Source: a virus
Virus record (IMG/VR): IMGVR_UViG_3300044624_001994
Span: 5,772 to 69,771 of that record
DNA: 64,000 nt
Direction: 5' to 3' (one strand)
Shown here: positions 10,680-17,824 of the stretch, piece by piece
How positions within the stretch are numbered: the stretch's first letter is position 1
Layout: every line of letters starts with the position of its first letter
Position numbers and translations under genes: made by a program
Notes under the pieces: model-generated
What the model saw: the letters and a program-made list of their open reading frames with translations, nothing else
Told to the model about the DNA's origin: nothing
Database searches by the model: none

Positions 10680-10912
10680 TTTTTATTATACTTCGATACC
10701 GGTTCAACATGTAATCCAAAATAAGGCTGAACATTAAAATGCATAAACAACGTGCATATCGTACTCCACTTAGGGTCCACCATTCCATACTCAATCTTCT
10801 TAATCGTCAAAAATGATATGCCAGTAGCTTCCGCTAACTTCCTTCTCGAAAGTTTGTGTGCAGTCCTTATCATTCTTAACGAAATCCCAATAGTAATCGC
10901 ATCTTCAGCCAT
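10676..10912 (-). CDS. XRE/Cro-family helix-turn-helix regulator
   Basis: LRMIRTAHKLSRRKLAEATGISFLTIKKIEYGMVDPKWSTI is a typical HTH_3 pattern. Confidence 0.85.
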   Translation of the reverse strand: MAEDAITIGISLRMIRTAHKLSRRKLAEATGISFLTIKKIEYGMVDPKWSTICTLFMHFNVQPYFGLHVEPVSKYNKK

Positions 10913-11000
10913 TTTTGTGTGTCATATAGCGTATATTATCCCGTTTTTGGCATACTGCACTATTCTACTGAGTAGCACAGTAAGGGATATTAAAGTTGCA

Positions 11001-11031
11001 CAAAAATATAGCTTTTTTACAATTCAGCAAA
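11001..11031 (-). promoter_or_regulatory. Bacteroidota sigma-A type promoter for the leftward operon
   Basis: Minus strand TTTG (11028-11031), 19-nt spacer, TATTTTTG (11001-11008) matches the -33 TTTG / -7 TAnnTTTG consensus, ~90 nt upstream of the HTH gene. Confidence 0.7.
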
Positions 11032-11090
11032 CATTTGCTCATTTTTTTAAAAAGTTGCCTGGTATGTTTGTTAGGGGGTTTTAATATGAG

Positions 11091-11150
11091 AGCGGGGGGG
11101 CGGTCGGCGGCTCGGCGAATCGGTTTTTTACCCCACCCCCCCCAAATTCC
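11091..11150. other. GC-rich G-run/C-run element at the strand-divergence point (candidate packaging/terminus site)
   Basis: GCGGGGGGGCGGTCGGCGGCTCGGCG...CCCCACCCCCCCC in an otherwise AT-rich genome, non-coding, between divergent operons. Confidence 0.35.
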
Positions 11151-11422
11151 AGCCAAAACCTAAACCCAAATGCCCAAATGCTTTATTCATGGTCATTTGC
11201 TCCCTTGAATCCTCATTTTCCTATAATTTGCATTATGTTAAATAGAATCTGAAATGCCCATCAGCACTACGTTTCAGCGTTTGTTGTATATTATAGGGAA
11301 AAAATGTATTATATATACCGGTCAATTATCGTTCTGCTTCCTTCCATCTTGCTTTTTTTGTTCGTTCTGTTCATCCAGTCAGTTTTTTGTCTGTTCGTGA
11401 AGGATTTTTATTTGTTGCGTGG

Positions 11423-11430
11423 TATCTTTG
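11423..11430 (+). promoter_or_regulatory. Candidate -7 promoter element
   Basis: TATCTTTG (TAnnTTTG) 60 nt upstream of ORF 11491; no correctly spaced -33 element seen. Confidence 0.4.
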
Positions 11431-11490
11431 GCGAAATAAAACCACACACACAAAAAAGATCTTTTTAACTTTTTTATTTTTTCTCCCTGC

Positions 11491-11841
11491 ATGAACTTAC
11501 AAAAACTCTTAATTTGTTTAAATACCTCTGCCTTAAATGTGGCTAATTTTCATTCTTTGCCCTTAGGAGCAATTTATTTGCTTATCTTGATACAAGATAA
11601 GGATAACGCAGAAAAAACGCTTAAGACGCTTATTTTAGAGGTTGAGCAGCTAACAAACGCACACAGCTCAAAAATTGCAGCCGAAAGGCTTATAAATGAT
11701 AACTACATTGTAAGCCATAACACAAAATTTTTAATTGGTTCTTCCTTCAATAGGTTTTATTCTTTATCTGCCTTAGGTCGGGAAGTTCTTATATCATTAC
11801 AGATTGAAACAGACAAGCAGTTAAAAAGTGTTAAATTTTAG
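11491..11841 (+). CDS. Putative winged-helix (MarR-like) DNA-binding protein
   Basis: 116 aa; AAERLINDNYIV...RFYSLSALGREVL resembles a wHTH wing and terminal helix. Confidence 0.45.
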   Translation: MNLQKLLICLNTSALNVANFHSLPLGAIYLLILIQDKDNAEKTLKTLILEVEQLTNAHSSKIAAERLINDNYIVSHNTKFLIGSSFNRFYSLSALGREVLISLQIETDKQLKSVKF

Positions 11842-12122
11842 CCTTTTTTCTGTGTATTCAATAAATCTTTAAATTATTGAAAAATATTTTTTTTGACTGA
11901 AATGTAGTTCCAGCCTATGTTTCAGTCTTTTTTTGCTTGTTTCTTAGTGTATGGTTATAAAAAAAAGTTAGCTAAATATTTTTTTATTCAAATCTTTTTT
12001 CTGAATCTTTGTATGTCCTCAAGCGGAGGGCATGGATTGAAAATGTGCATATACGCAGTTCTCGTTGAACAACAGATGGCTTTTGCGTACATGGTGTAGT
12101 GGTTCTTTGACTTTGTGGGCTT

Positions 12123-12200
12123 CCTTATTTGTTGCAATTGTGCAATAGGGCAAATTTACAGAAAGGCGTAAAACGTCGGGTTCGATTCCCGAAATAAGGA
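12123..12200 (+). ncRNA. tRNA-like cloverleaf element (non-canonical)
   Basis: Acceptor stem CCTTATT/AATAAGG, arm TTGCA-ATTG-TGCAA, arm TTTAC-AGAAAGGC-GTAAA, canonical T-arm TCGGG-TTCGATT-CCCGA. Lacks a D-loop GG, a 7-nt anticodon loop and CCA. Confidence 0.55.
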
Positions 12201-12235
12201 CTATTTATTTATTCATCTTTTTAAAACTTACTACC

Positions 12236-12424
12236 ATGTTACAAAAAAAGTATTTTGCTAATCTATCAGTATTGAACGATAGAGTTTATTCTTACAACAC
12301 TTTCGTAGCTGAAATTTGCCACGAAACACAAGAGGTTAAAAGGCTGGGTTTTTGGTCAGTTACCACCAGCAAACATATAAATTATGTTGCTTCCTTGCTT
12401 AGATACAAAGTTGTTAACGCTTAA
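12236..12424 (+). CDS. Small hypothetical phage early protein
   Basis: 62 aa, VYSYNTFVAEI..WSVTTSKHINY; starts 35 nt after the tRNA-like element. Confidence 0.7.
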   Translation: MLQKKYFANLSVLNDRVYSYNTFVAEICHETQEVKRLGFWSVTTSKHINYVASLLRYKVVNA

Positions 12425-12439
12425 ATAAATTTTACTGCT

Positions 12440-12526
12440 ATGTTTATTTACATTCTTTATTATTCGGTCTGTGTTATTATGCTTATTACTTGCTTTGTTG
12501 GGTTTTACTATGCTGACAAAAAATAA
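12440..12526 (+). CDS. 28-aa hydrophobic peptide
   Basis: Manual translation MFIYILYYSVCVIMLITCFVGFYYADKK*; its TAA overlaps repeat copy 1. Confidence 0.55.
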   Translation: MFIYILYYSVCVIMLITCFVGFYYADKK

Positions 12527-12568
12527 CGGAACTTGGAGCATGGGCGGAATCGTTTTCCGCCTTCCGTT
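12525..12568 (+). repeat. Structured intergenic repeat copy 1 (type A)
   Basis: AACGGAA-CTTGGAGCATG-GGCGGAA-TCGTT-TTCCGCC-TTCCGTT. Confidence 0.97.
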
Positions 12569-12607
12569 CAAAACTTATTTATTTATTCATCTTAAAACTT
12601 AATTTTT

Positions 12608-12823
12608 ATGAAAATTATAATTGAAGACCAAACACTTTTTGGATTCCAAACTTGGGCAGGAGCAACAGAAACAAAAAATGCTATTTTAAAAGCTGATAAA
12701 GGGCATCACTTTGAACTTTTAATTGAGGAATTATACCCCGAAGGTTTAACAGATGTTCAATTAAACGACATTTTATGGCATGAGTGGGATTATATTTTCG
12801 AACAACTTGGTATAACTGAATAA
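12608..12823 (+). CDS. Small acidic hypothetical protein
   Basis: 71 aa, FQTWAGA..LTDVQLNDILW; lies between repeats 1 and 2. Confidence 0.75.
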   Translation: MKIIIEDQTLFGFQTWAGATETKNAILKADKGHHFELLIEELYPEGLTDVQLNDILWHEWDYIFEQLGITE

Positions 12824-12866
12824 ACGGAACTTGGAGCATGGGCGGAATCGTTTTCCGCCTTCCGTT
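12823..12866 (+). repeat. Structured intergenic repeat copy 2 (type A)
   Basis: Core identical to copy 1. Confidence 0.97.
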
Positions 12867-12902
12867 CAAAACTTATTTTTTCACTTTTTAATCTTAAATT
12901 TT

Positions 12903-13055
12903 ATGGAACTTTTATCTGTCATGTTAATCTCTTATTTCTGTCTGTTTTTGGTGTTTGCTTATACAGAAAGACACACCATTATTAAAAACCTATCAGATAG
13001 CAAAAAACGCTATTGGGATAGAAACAATTTCCAAGACTACAATAACTTTTTTTAA
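12903..13055 (+). CDS. Small membrane protein (50 aa)
   Basis: MELLSVMLISYFCLFLVFAY...; start moved to ATG 12903, 36 nt after the repeat. Confidence 0.55.
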   Translation: MELLSVMLISYFCLFLVFAYTERHTIIKNLSDSKKRYWDRNNFQDYNNFF

Positions 13056-13077
13056 CGCTCGCTTAAAACCTTATAAA

Positions 13078-13281
13078 ATGAAAACTTCAGAGTTAAAACA
13101 GAATTATTCAATATTTGGCAATAAAGGTACTGTTTGGTCAAATACTGCACACATTTATAAATCGGGTCAAGGTTTACTTTGTGGCACTCCTGCACTATCA
13201 ACTAATTGGGCAGCCATTGAAAAATTAGAAGAAATCGGATGTAAAGAATGTTTGGCTAAATACAAAGACGAACAAAAATAA
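13078..13281 (+). CDS. Small protein with His/Cys (possible zinc-binding) motif
   Basis: MKTSELKQ..AHIY..LLCG..GCKECLAKY; stop abuts repeat 3. Confidence 0.65.
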   Translation: MKTSELKQNYSIFGNKGTVWSNTAHIYKSGQGLLCGTPALSTNWAAIEKLEEIGCKECLAKYKDEQK

Positions 13282-13324
13282 ACGGAACTTGGAGCATGGG
13301 CGGAATCGTTTTCCGCCTTCCGTT
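13281..13324 (+). repeat. Structured intergenic repeat copy 3 (type A)
   Basis: Core identical to copy 1. Confidence 0.97.
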
Positions 13325-13360
13325 CAAAACTTATTTATTCATTCTTAAAATCTCAATTTT

Positions 13361-13672
13361 ATGAGCAGTTTAAAATTAGATAGTGTTTCAATGGTGATGT
13401 TAGATGTTAGCAAAATTCACCCTTTTATTCTTGACTTTATGGTAGGTCAAGCCGAATTTATTGACAATTCGGGAACATTAAACGAGAGTATATATTTTGC
13501 ATCATTTTTTGCCGATTTTCAGACCATATTTATTCCATTGTGGGATTCTGTTGCGACTGAATATAAAGATGGCTCAGAAACCCAATTAAAAGCCTTAGAA
13601 GCCATTAAACAATGGTATGAACTTGAAGTAATTTGTAAAAACTACTTTTATTGTATTTTAACGGGACAATAA
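13361..13672 (+). CDS. Hypothetical protein
   Basis: 103 aa between repeats 3 and 4. Confidence 0.7.
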   Translation: MSSLKLDSVSMVMLDVSKIHPFILDFMVGQAEFIDNSGTLNESIYFASFFADFQTIFIPLWDSVATEYKDGSETQLKALEAIKQWYELEVICKNYFYCILTGQ

Positions 13673-13715
13673 CGGAACTATGGAGCATGGGCGGAATCGT
13701 TTTCCGCCTTCCGTT
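13671..13715 (+). repeat. Structured intergenic repeat copy 4 (type A, +1 nt in linker)
   Basis: AACGGAA-CTATGGAGCATG-GGCGGAA-TCGTT-TTCCGCC-TTCCGTT. Confidence 0.97.
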
Positions 13716-13751
13716 CAAAACTTATTTTTTCATTCTTAAATTTTTAATCTC

Positions 13752-14039
13752 ATGTCATTACAGAAATTAAACTTTGCCAAATTAGAAGAATTTGAACCTA
13801 CAATTTACCATGAATTTGTAAATAGTCAAGGCAAACAAATTCGATTCGTTGAACATCCATTTGATGGTGATGAATACCCAATTATCATTATGTTTATGGA
13901 AGATAGAAAAGCATTCAATTCGGAATTTTACGATTTAGACGATATGCTTGCCGACCATAAAGATTACGAACCTATGTTAGTAATTGATTCAGAAGGTAAA
14001 AAACAATGTGTTTTCGGTTATGAACTAAAACTATATTAA
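13752..14039 (+). CDS. Acidic hypothetical protein
   Basis: 95 aa between repeats 4 and 5. Confidence 0.75.
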   Translation: MSLQKLNFAKLEEFEPTIYHEFVNSQGKQIRFVEHPFDGDEYPIIIMFMEDRKAFNSEFYDLDDMLADHKDYEPMLVIDSEGKKQCVFGYELKLY

Positions 14040-14082
14040 ACGGAACTTGGAGCATGGGGAGAATCGTTTTCTCCCTTCCGTT
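14039..14082 (+). repeat. Structured intergenic repeat copy 5 (type B)
   Basis: AACGGAA-CTTGGAGCATG-GGGAGAA-TCGTT-TTCTCCC-TTCCGTT. Confidence 0.97.
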
Positions 14083-14118
14083 CAAAACTTTATTTATTCA
14101 TTCTTAAAACTTAATACC

Positions 14119-14403
14119 ATGCAAAAAGCAAAAGTATTTTTGAACGTAACGGAAACCAATTTTGGCAAATTTCCAACACTACCAAACAATCAAAAAGTGA
14201 ACAGAGATACAATTGTTTACTATGCTTCAAAAGTTACTGATAAAGGAAAGGAAAGTATTTTTTTCTTGATAAGGCATAAAGATGCAAAGCTATTAAAAGA
14301 TAATAATTTTGACATTCAGTCAATTTTAGTTCCTGCTGGCTTCTATCCAGCTGCAATAAGTTACAAGTATAACGATACAAGACTTGAAATAAACTTTATT
14401 TAA
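14119..14403 (+). CDS. Hypothetical protein
   Basis: MQKAKVFLN...; start moved to ATG 14119, 36 nt after the repeat. Confidence 0.7.
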   Translation: MQKAKVFLNVTETNFGKFPTLPNNQKVNRDTIVYYASKVTDKGKESIFFLIRHKDAKLLKDNNFDIQSILVPAGFYPAAISYKYNDTRLEINFI

Positions 14404-14424
14404 AACTCACAAAATTTCGATTCT

Positions 14425-14727
14425 ATGAACTTAAACCACCATTTCTGGACAATCAATAAGCAATTCGTTTTAGATGTCTTAAAATACGAACTTGGAAGCG
14501 ATGTGACAATAATTGATGCATCTTATCGGAATGACGAATGCCCGAGTTTTGAAATTTCATATCAAGGCAAAGAAGGTAAATTATATTTGCCATCTCATTA
14601 TGAAGGTGAATTTAGCAATTATATGTTTTTCGAAGAAAAGGAATTTGAAAACATGGATGACATTAAATATTATTGTAGCTCAAATTTGGGTGAAATATTA
14701 CAATGCATCAATAATCACATTTTCTAA
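14425..14727 (+). CDS. Hypothetical protein
   Basis: 100 aa with DASYRNDECPSF motif. Confidence 0.7.
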   Translation: MNLNHHFWTINKQFVLDVLKYELGSDVTIIDASYRNDECPSFEISYQGKEGKLYLPSHYEGEFSNYMFFEEKEFENMDDIKYYCSSNLGEILQCINNHIF

Positions 14728-14744
14728 TTTTAAAACTTATTACA

Positions 14745-14942
14745 ATGCAAAAAGCTATCAAATTACTTGCAAAAGTAAAGACTAAAAGCAATTTCAGACA
14801 ATTGAATGATACCTACCTACCAATAGATGAAATGCAGGAAAGCAGGGTAACTTGCTTAGTCTATGACCATGACTACAAAAAGTACATTAAAGTAGATTTT
14901 CATCTCACAGAAGTAACAGATTTTAAAACAATTCAAAATTAA
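14745..14942 (+). CDS. Hypothetical protein
   Basis: 65 aa in the operon. Confidence 0.65.
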   Translation: MQKAIKLLAKVKTKSNFRQLNDTYLPIDEMQESRVTCLVYDHDYKKYIKVDFHLTEVTDFKTIQN

Positions 14943-14948
14943 CCTACC

Positions 14949-15122
14949 ATGACACACCAGCACGTCTTTTTAAAGACTTTATTTGCAAAGGTAATAGAAC
15001 CTACCAACAAAGGAGTAAAAGTTCTTACAATGGATAAAAAAGGATTCACAAAGACTGAAAAAACAGGCAAGATCCAGTTTTTTAGTACAGACGAATGGAA
15101 AACATTATTTAAAGCAATTTAA
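14949..15122 (+). CDS. Hypothetical protein (57 aa)
   Basis: Manual translation MTHQHVFLKTLFAKVIEPTNKGVKV...WKTLFKAI*; fills the gap between neighbours. Confidence 0.6.
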   Translation: MTHQHVFLKTLFAKVIEPTNKGVKVLTMDKKGFTKTEKTGKIQFFSTDEWKTLFKAI

Positions 15123-15133
15123 ACTCCTATTTT

Positions 15134-15373
15134 ATGACAGCAGCAGAAATTAGAACCAACACAAAAAACATGACTTTTGAACAAGCATGTGATTATATTC
15201 AAAGCATAGGTCTTGAACTGATTCCTTCAGAAAACCATCCTTTTCTGAAAAGTTGGGAAGTTAAAAACCATAAGGAATTTAGTCGAATCTCAAGTTATAT
15301 GGAATACGAACTGAAAGGCGCAAAACTTGTAAAAAGGAAAGCAGATGTATTGTTTTGTTTTCATGAATTTTAA
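15134..15373 (+). CDS. Hypothetical protein
   Basis: 79 aa; stop abuts repeat 6. Confidence 0.7.
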   Translation: MTAAEIRTNTKNMTFEQACDYIQSIGLELIPSENHPFLKSWEVKNHKEFSRISSYMEYELKGAKLVKRKADVLFCFHEF

Positions 15374-15416
15374 CGGAACTTGGAGCATTGGGGAGAATCG
15401 TTTTCTCCCTTCCGTT
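15372..15416 (+). repeat. Structured intergenic repeat copy 6 (type B)
   Basis: Linker CTTGGAGCATTG; type B stem. Confidence 0.97.
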
Positions 15417-15447
15417 CAAACTTATTTTTTAACCTGCTGACGATGAT

Positions 15448-15476
15448 TCGGTGACGATAATAGTTAGCAAAATTTT
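15448..15476 (+). repeat. Second repeat family, copy 1
   Basis: TCGGTGACGATAATAGTTAGCAAAATTTT, also at 19393 and (23-nt core) at 19426. Confidence 0.9.
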
Positions 15477-15484
15477 AATGCCTT

Positions 15485-16024
15485 ATGGAAAATTTAGAAT
15501 TATTGATTGGCAAAACTGCTGCTAAAAAAATCTTTGATAACAATGTCAATGTGATGCAATGCAGCGAGGATTCTATTCAGTATTTAATTGGGAAAAAAGC
15601 GGCTGCAAAGATAAGTGCTGCAAAGCAATTGTTTGTCGCTAAGGAAGAATCTGAAACGATAAGAAGCAGCAAGAATATTGCAGATATTTTTCGGGAATTA
15701 AAGTTTTTGGATATAGAACAAATGCACGTTTTATGTTTGAACAGAACTAACAAAGTAATAAGCAAGTTTATGCTGTCAAGTGGAGGTAGGTCGGCAACTT
15801 TATGCGATATGGCAGTATTGTATAAAAGAATATTACTTAGTAATGCCAGCGCATTTTGTGTAGTACACAACCATCCATCGGGCAACAATGCACCTTCGCA
15901 AATGGATATAGAATTGACTAAGAAAATATATCAAGCATCTTTAATTCTTGACTTAAAACTTCTTGACCATGTAATTATAGCTGGAGATGATTATTACAGT
16001 TTTTGTGACAATGGACATTTATAA
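15485..16024 (+). CDS. radC: RadC-family JAB/MPN domain protein
   Basis: EQMHVLCLN..N..VHNHPSGNNAPSQMD..LLDHVII JAMM motif. Confidence 0.92.
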   Translation: MENLELLIGKTAAKKIFDNNVNVMQCSEDSIQYLIGKKAAAKISAAKQLFVAKEESETIRSSKNIADIFRELKFLDIEQMHVLCLNRTNKVISKFMLSSGGRSATLCDMAVLYKRILLSNASAFCVVHNHPSGNNAPSQMDIELTKKIYQASLILDLKLLDHVIIAGDDYYSFCDNGHL

Positions 16025-16066
16025 CGGAACTTGGAGCATGGGGAGAATCGTTTTCTCCCTTCCGTT
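16023..16066 (+). repeat. Structured intergenic repeat copy 7 (type B)
   Basis: Core identical to copy 5. Confidence 0.97.
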
Positions 16067-16094
16067 CAAAACTTATTTTTTCACTTAATTTTTA

Positions 16095-16349
16095 ATGCTT
16101 ATGAACTATCAAAAAATGTATGAGGAATTGCTCGCTGAATTTGAGCAGTACAAAAGAGAATCTGTAAAATGGTCTGTGGATGACTTTTTAACTTACAATG
16201 ATATTTATGCCGACAAAGGTCTTTATATCACAATAGGCAGAGCAAAAAAAGCCTTAGAACACATGATTAAATCACATGATTCCGAATATGGAATTTCTTG
16301 GAGTAGTGTTGATTGTTTTTTCAATTTGTATGCTTTAAAATCTGAATAA
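16095..16349 (+). CDS. Hypothetical protein
   Basis: 84 aa, WSVDDF..HDSEYGISW. Confidence 0.7.
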   Translation: MLMNYQKMYEELLAEFEQYKRESVKWSVDDFLTYNDIYADKGLYITIGRAKKALEHMIKSHDSEYGISWSSVDCFFNLYALKSE

Positions 16350-16351
16350 CT

Positions 16352-16525
16352 ATGATGTTTTATTTTTTGATCTTGATAGGCATAGTTAAGCCACAAGACG
16401 ATGAATTGTATGCTTTTTTTACTCCCGATGGCAAAGTATATGAATACTGCTATAAGGAAGAAATTATTGAAGCAATAAAGACTGGGCAATTCTGCTATAA
16501 TGAAGATTTGCATTTAAACAAATAA
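16352..16525 (+). CDS. Hypothetical protein (57 aa)
   Basis: Manual translation MMFYFLILIGIVKPQDDELYAFFTPDGKVYEYCYKEEII...LHLNK*; stop overlaps repeat 8. Confidence 0.6.
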   Translation: MMFYFLILIGIVKPQDDELYAFFTPDGKVYEYCYKEEIIEAIKTGQFCYNEDLHLNK

Positions 16526-16568
16526 CGGAACTATGGAGCAAGGGGAGAATCGTTTTCTCCCTTCCGTT
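16524..16568 (+). repeat. Structured intergenic repeat copy 8 (type B)
   Basis: Linker CTATGGAGCAAG; type B stem. Confidence 0.97.
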
Positions 16569-16603
16569 CAAACTTATTTTTTCACTTTTTAATACTTAAA
16601 TTT

Positions 16604-17131
16604 ATGTTCGAAATTAAAGCAAAAATAGGCAATATTGACTTGTCAATGTTTGACCTTAAACAACTAACAGACAATGCTAATTCTTCTGCTGAAGCATTAC
16701 AGAAACACAATGATGATGTGTATTGTAAATTTCAAGAATTCGTTTTAGATTTTATCGAAAAAACAAATTCAGTTTTAGCTAAAATTGGATTAGACGAGAG
16801 ATTTATAAATACAAATTACCATATTAGAGAAAATTATATATGTTCACGTTCTAATGGTCTTTATTGTAAATATGATATTGGTCATGGAAGGGCATCAATC
16901 TATCTTTATTTTGAAACCGACAAAATAAGTGATAAATTAACTTATGATTTTAAAGGTCAAATAATAATAAGAAAAAGCTGGAATAATAATTTTATAAGAG
17001 AAGAATATGACTTAGAATCAGTAGGTCAGGTTTTTGAACTTGGAGCAGATGTTATTAAATTTTTTATAATTGATAGAGATGTTACTGATAATGATGCAAG
17101 ACGGAAATTAGAAAAGGAATTGACCTACTAA
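16604..17131 (+). CDS. Hypothetical protein
   Basis: 175 aa between repeats 8 and 9. Confidence 0.75.
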   Translation: MFEIKAKIGNIDLSMFDLKQLTDNANSSAEALQKHNDDVYCKFQEFVLDFIEKTNSVLAKIGLDERFINTNYHIRENYICSRSNGLYCKYDIGHGRASIYLYFETDKISDKLTYDFKGQIIIRKSWNNNFIREEYDLESVGQVFELGADVIKFFIIDRDVTDNDARRKLEKELTY

Positions 17132-17175
17132 ACGGAACTATGGAGCATGGGGAGAATCGTTTTCTCCCTTCCGTT
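17131..17175 (+). repeat. Structured intergenic repeat copy 9 (type B)
   Basis: Linker CTATGGAGCATG; type B stem. Confidence 0.97.
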
Positions 17176-17211
17176 CAAACTTATTTTTTCACTTTTTTAA
17201 TCTTTAATTTT

Positions 17212-17748
17212 ATGGCAAATATGTGTTATAACTATGTTGTGTTCAGCGGTGAACCAGCAAACATTGAAAAACTCAATCAAAGGATTGATGAAGCTATTGA
17301 AACTGAAAAAAGGACTCAATTAGCACAACAGATTCATAGTCACGAAGAAATTATTGATAGGCATTTTTTTGATTTAAGCAAAGACATGACTGATGAAACA
17401 GAACTGAATATCATGTATGACACAAAATGGGATAGCAATATCTTAGATGTTGCCAAAATTTGTGTTGAATTTGGAGTAACAGCTAATCATGAATTCAGTG
17501 AAACATCTTCTTACATCTATGGAAGCTGTTCTATTGATGAAAAAGGTAATGTCATTGAAGATACTGCACCAGCTGAATTTTGTGATTTGATTGATTATGA
17601 CGAAGAAAAAGATGTTTATATCTACAATGGCGATGAATGGACTTTTCAAGATGAAATTTTTGAATGGGAATATGAAAGATGGAAAGCAAAGCAACCCGAA
17701 CAATATTGGTTAAAGACTTATAATCTTAATGATTTTATAAACAAATAA
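17212..17748 (+). CDS. DUF1281/YubB-like ferredoxin-fold protein
   Basis: MANMCYNYVVFSG N-terminus and YDTKW motif resemble this family; start moved to ATG 17212. Confidence 0.55.
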   Translation: MANMCYNYVVFSGEPANIEKLNQRIDEAIETEKRTQLAQQIHSHEEIIDRHFFDLSKDMTDETELNIMYDTKWDSNILDVAKICVEFGVTANHEFSETSSYIYGSCSIDEKGNVIEDTAPAEFCDLIDYDEEKDVYIYNGDEWTFQDEIFEWEYERWKAKQPEQYWLKTYNLNDFINK

Positions 17749-17791
17749 CGGAACTATGGAGCAAGGGGAGAATCGTTTTCTCCCTTCCGTT
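17747..17791 (+). repeat. Structured intergenic repeat copy 10 (type B)
   Basis: Core identical to copy 8. Confidence 0.97.
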
Positions 17792-17824
17792 CTAACTTAT
17801 TTTTTAATTTTAATACTTAATTAC

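Noticed and set aside
12123-12200. Functional decoding tRNA gene
   Set aside because: No canonical D-loop or 7-nt anticodon loop; kept only as a tRNA-like element.
17036-17047. GAACTTGGAGCA match to the repeat linker inside ORF 16604-17131
   Set aside because: Only 12 nt, coding, no flanking stems; may be chance.
12525-17791. CRISPR array interpretation of the ten repeats
   Set aside because: Intervening sequences are hundreds to over a thousand nt of intact genes; no cas genes seen.
12525-17791. Repeats as ordinary rho-independent terminators
   Set aside because: The stem is followed by CAAA(A)C rather than a U tract, has an 11-12 nt bulge, and no promoter follows each copy.
12831-17824. 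Shared N-terminal peptide MEHGENRFLPSVQ on four ORF-track proteins, and the minus-strand MNGRRKTIPP ORFs
   Set aside because: These are translations of the repeat. Only 4 of 10 copies are in frame with the next gene, about chance, and better ATGs lie ~36 nt after the repeat.
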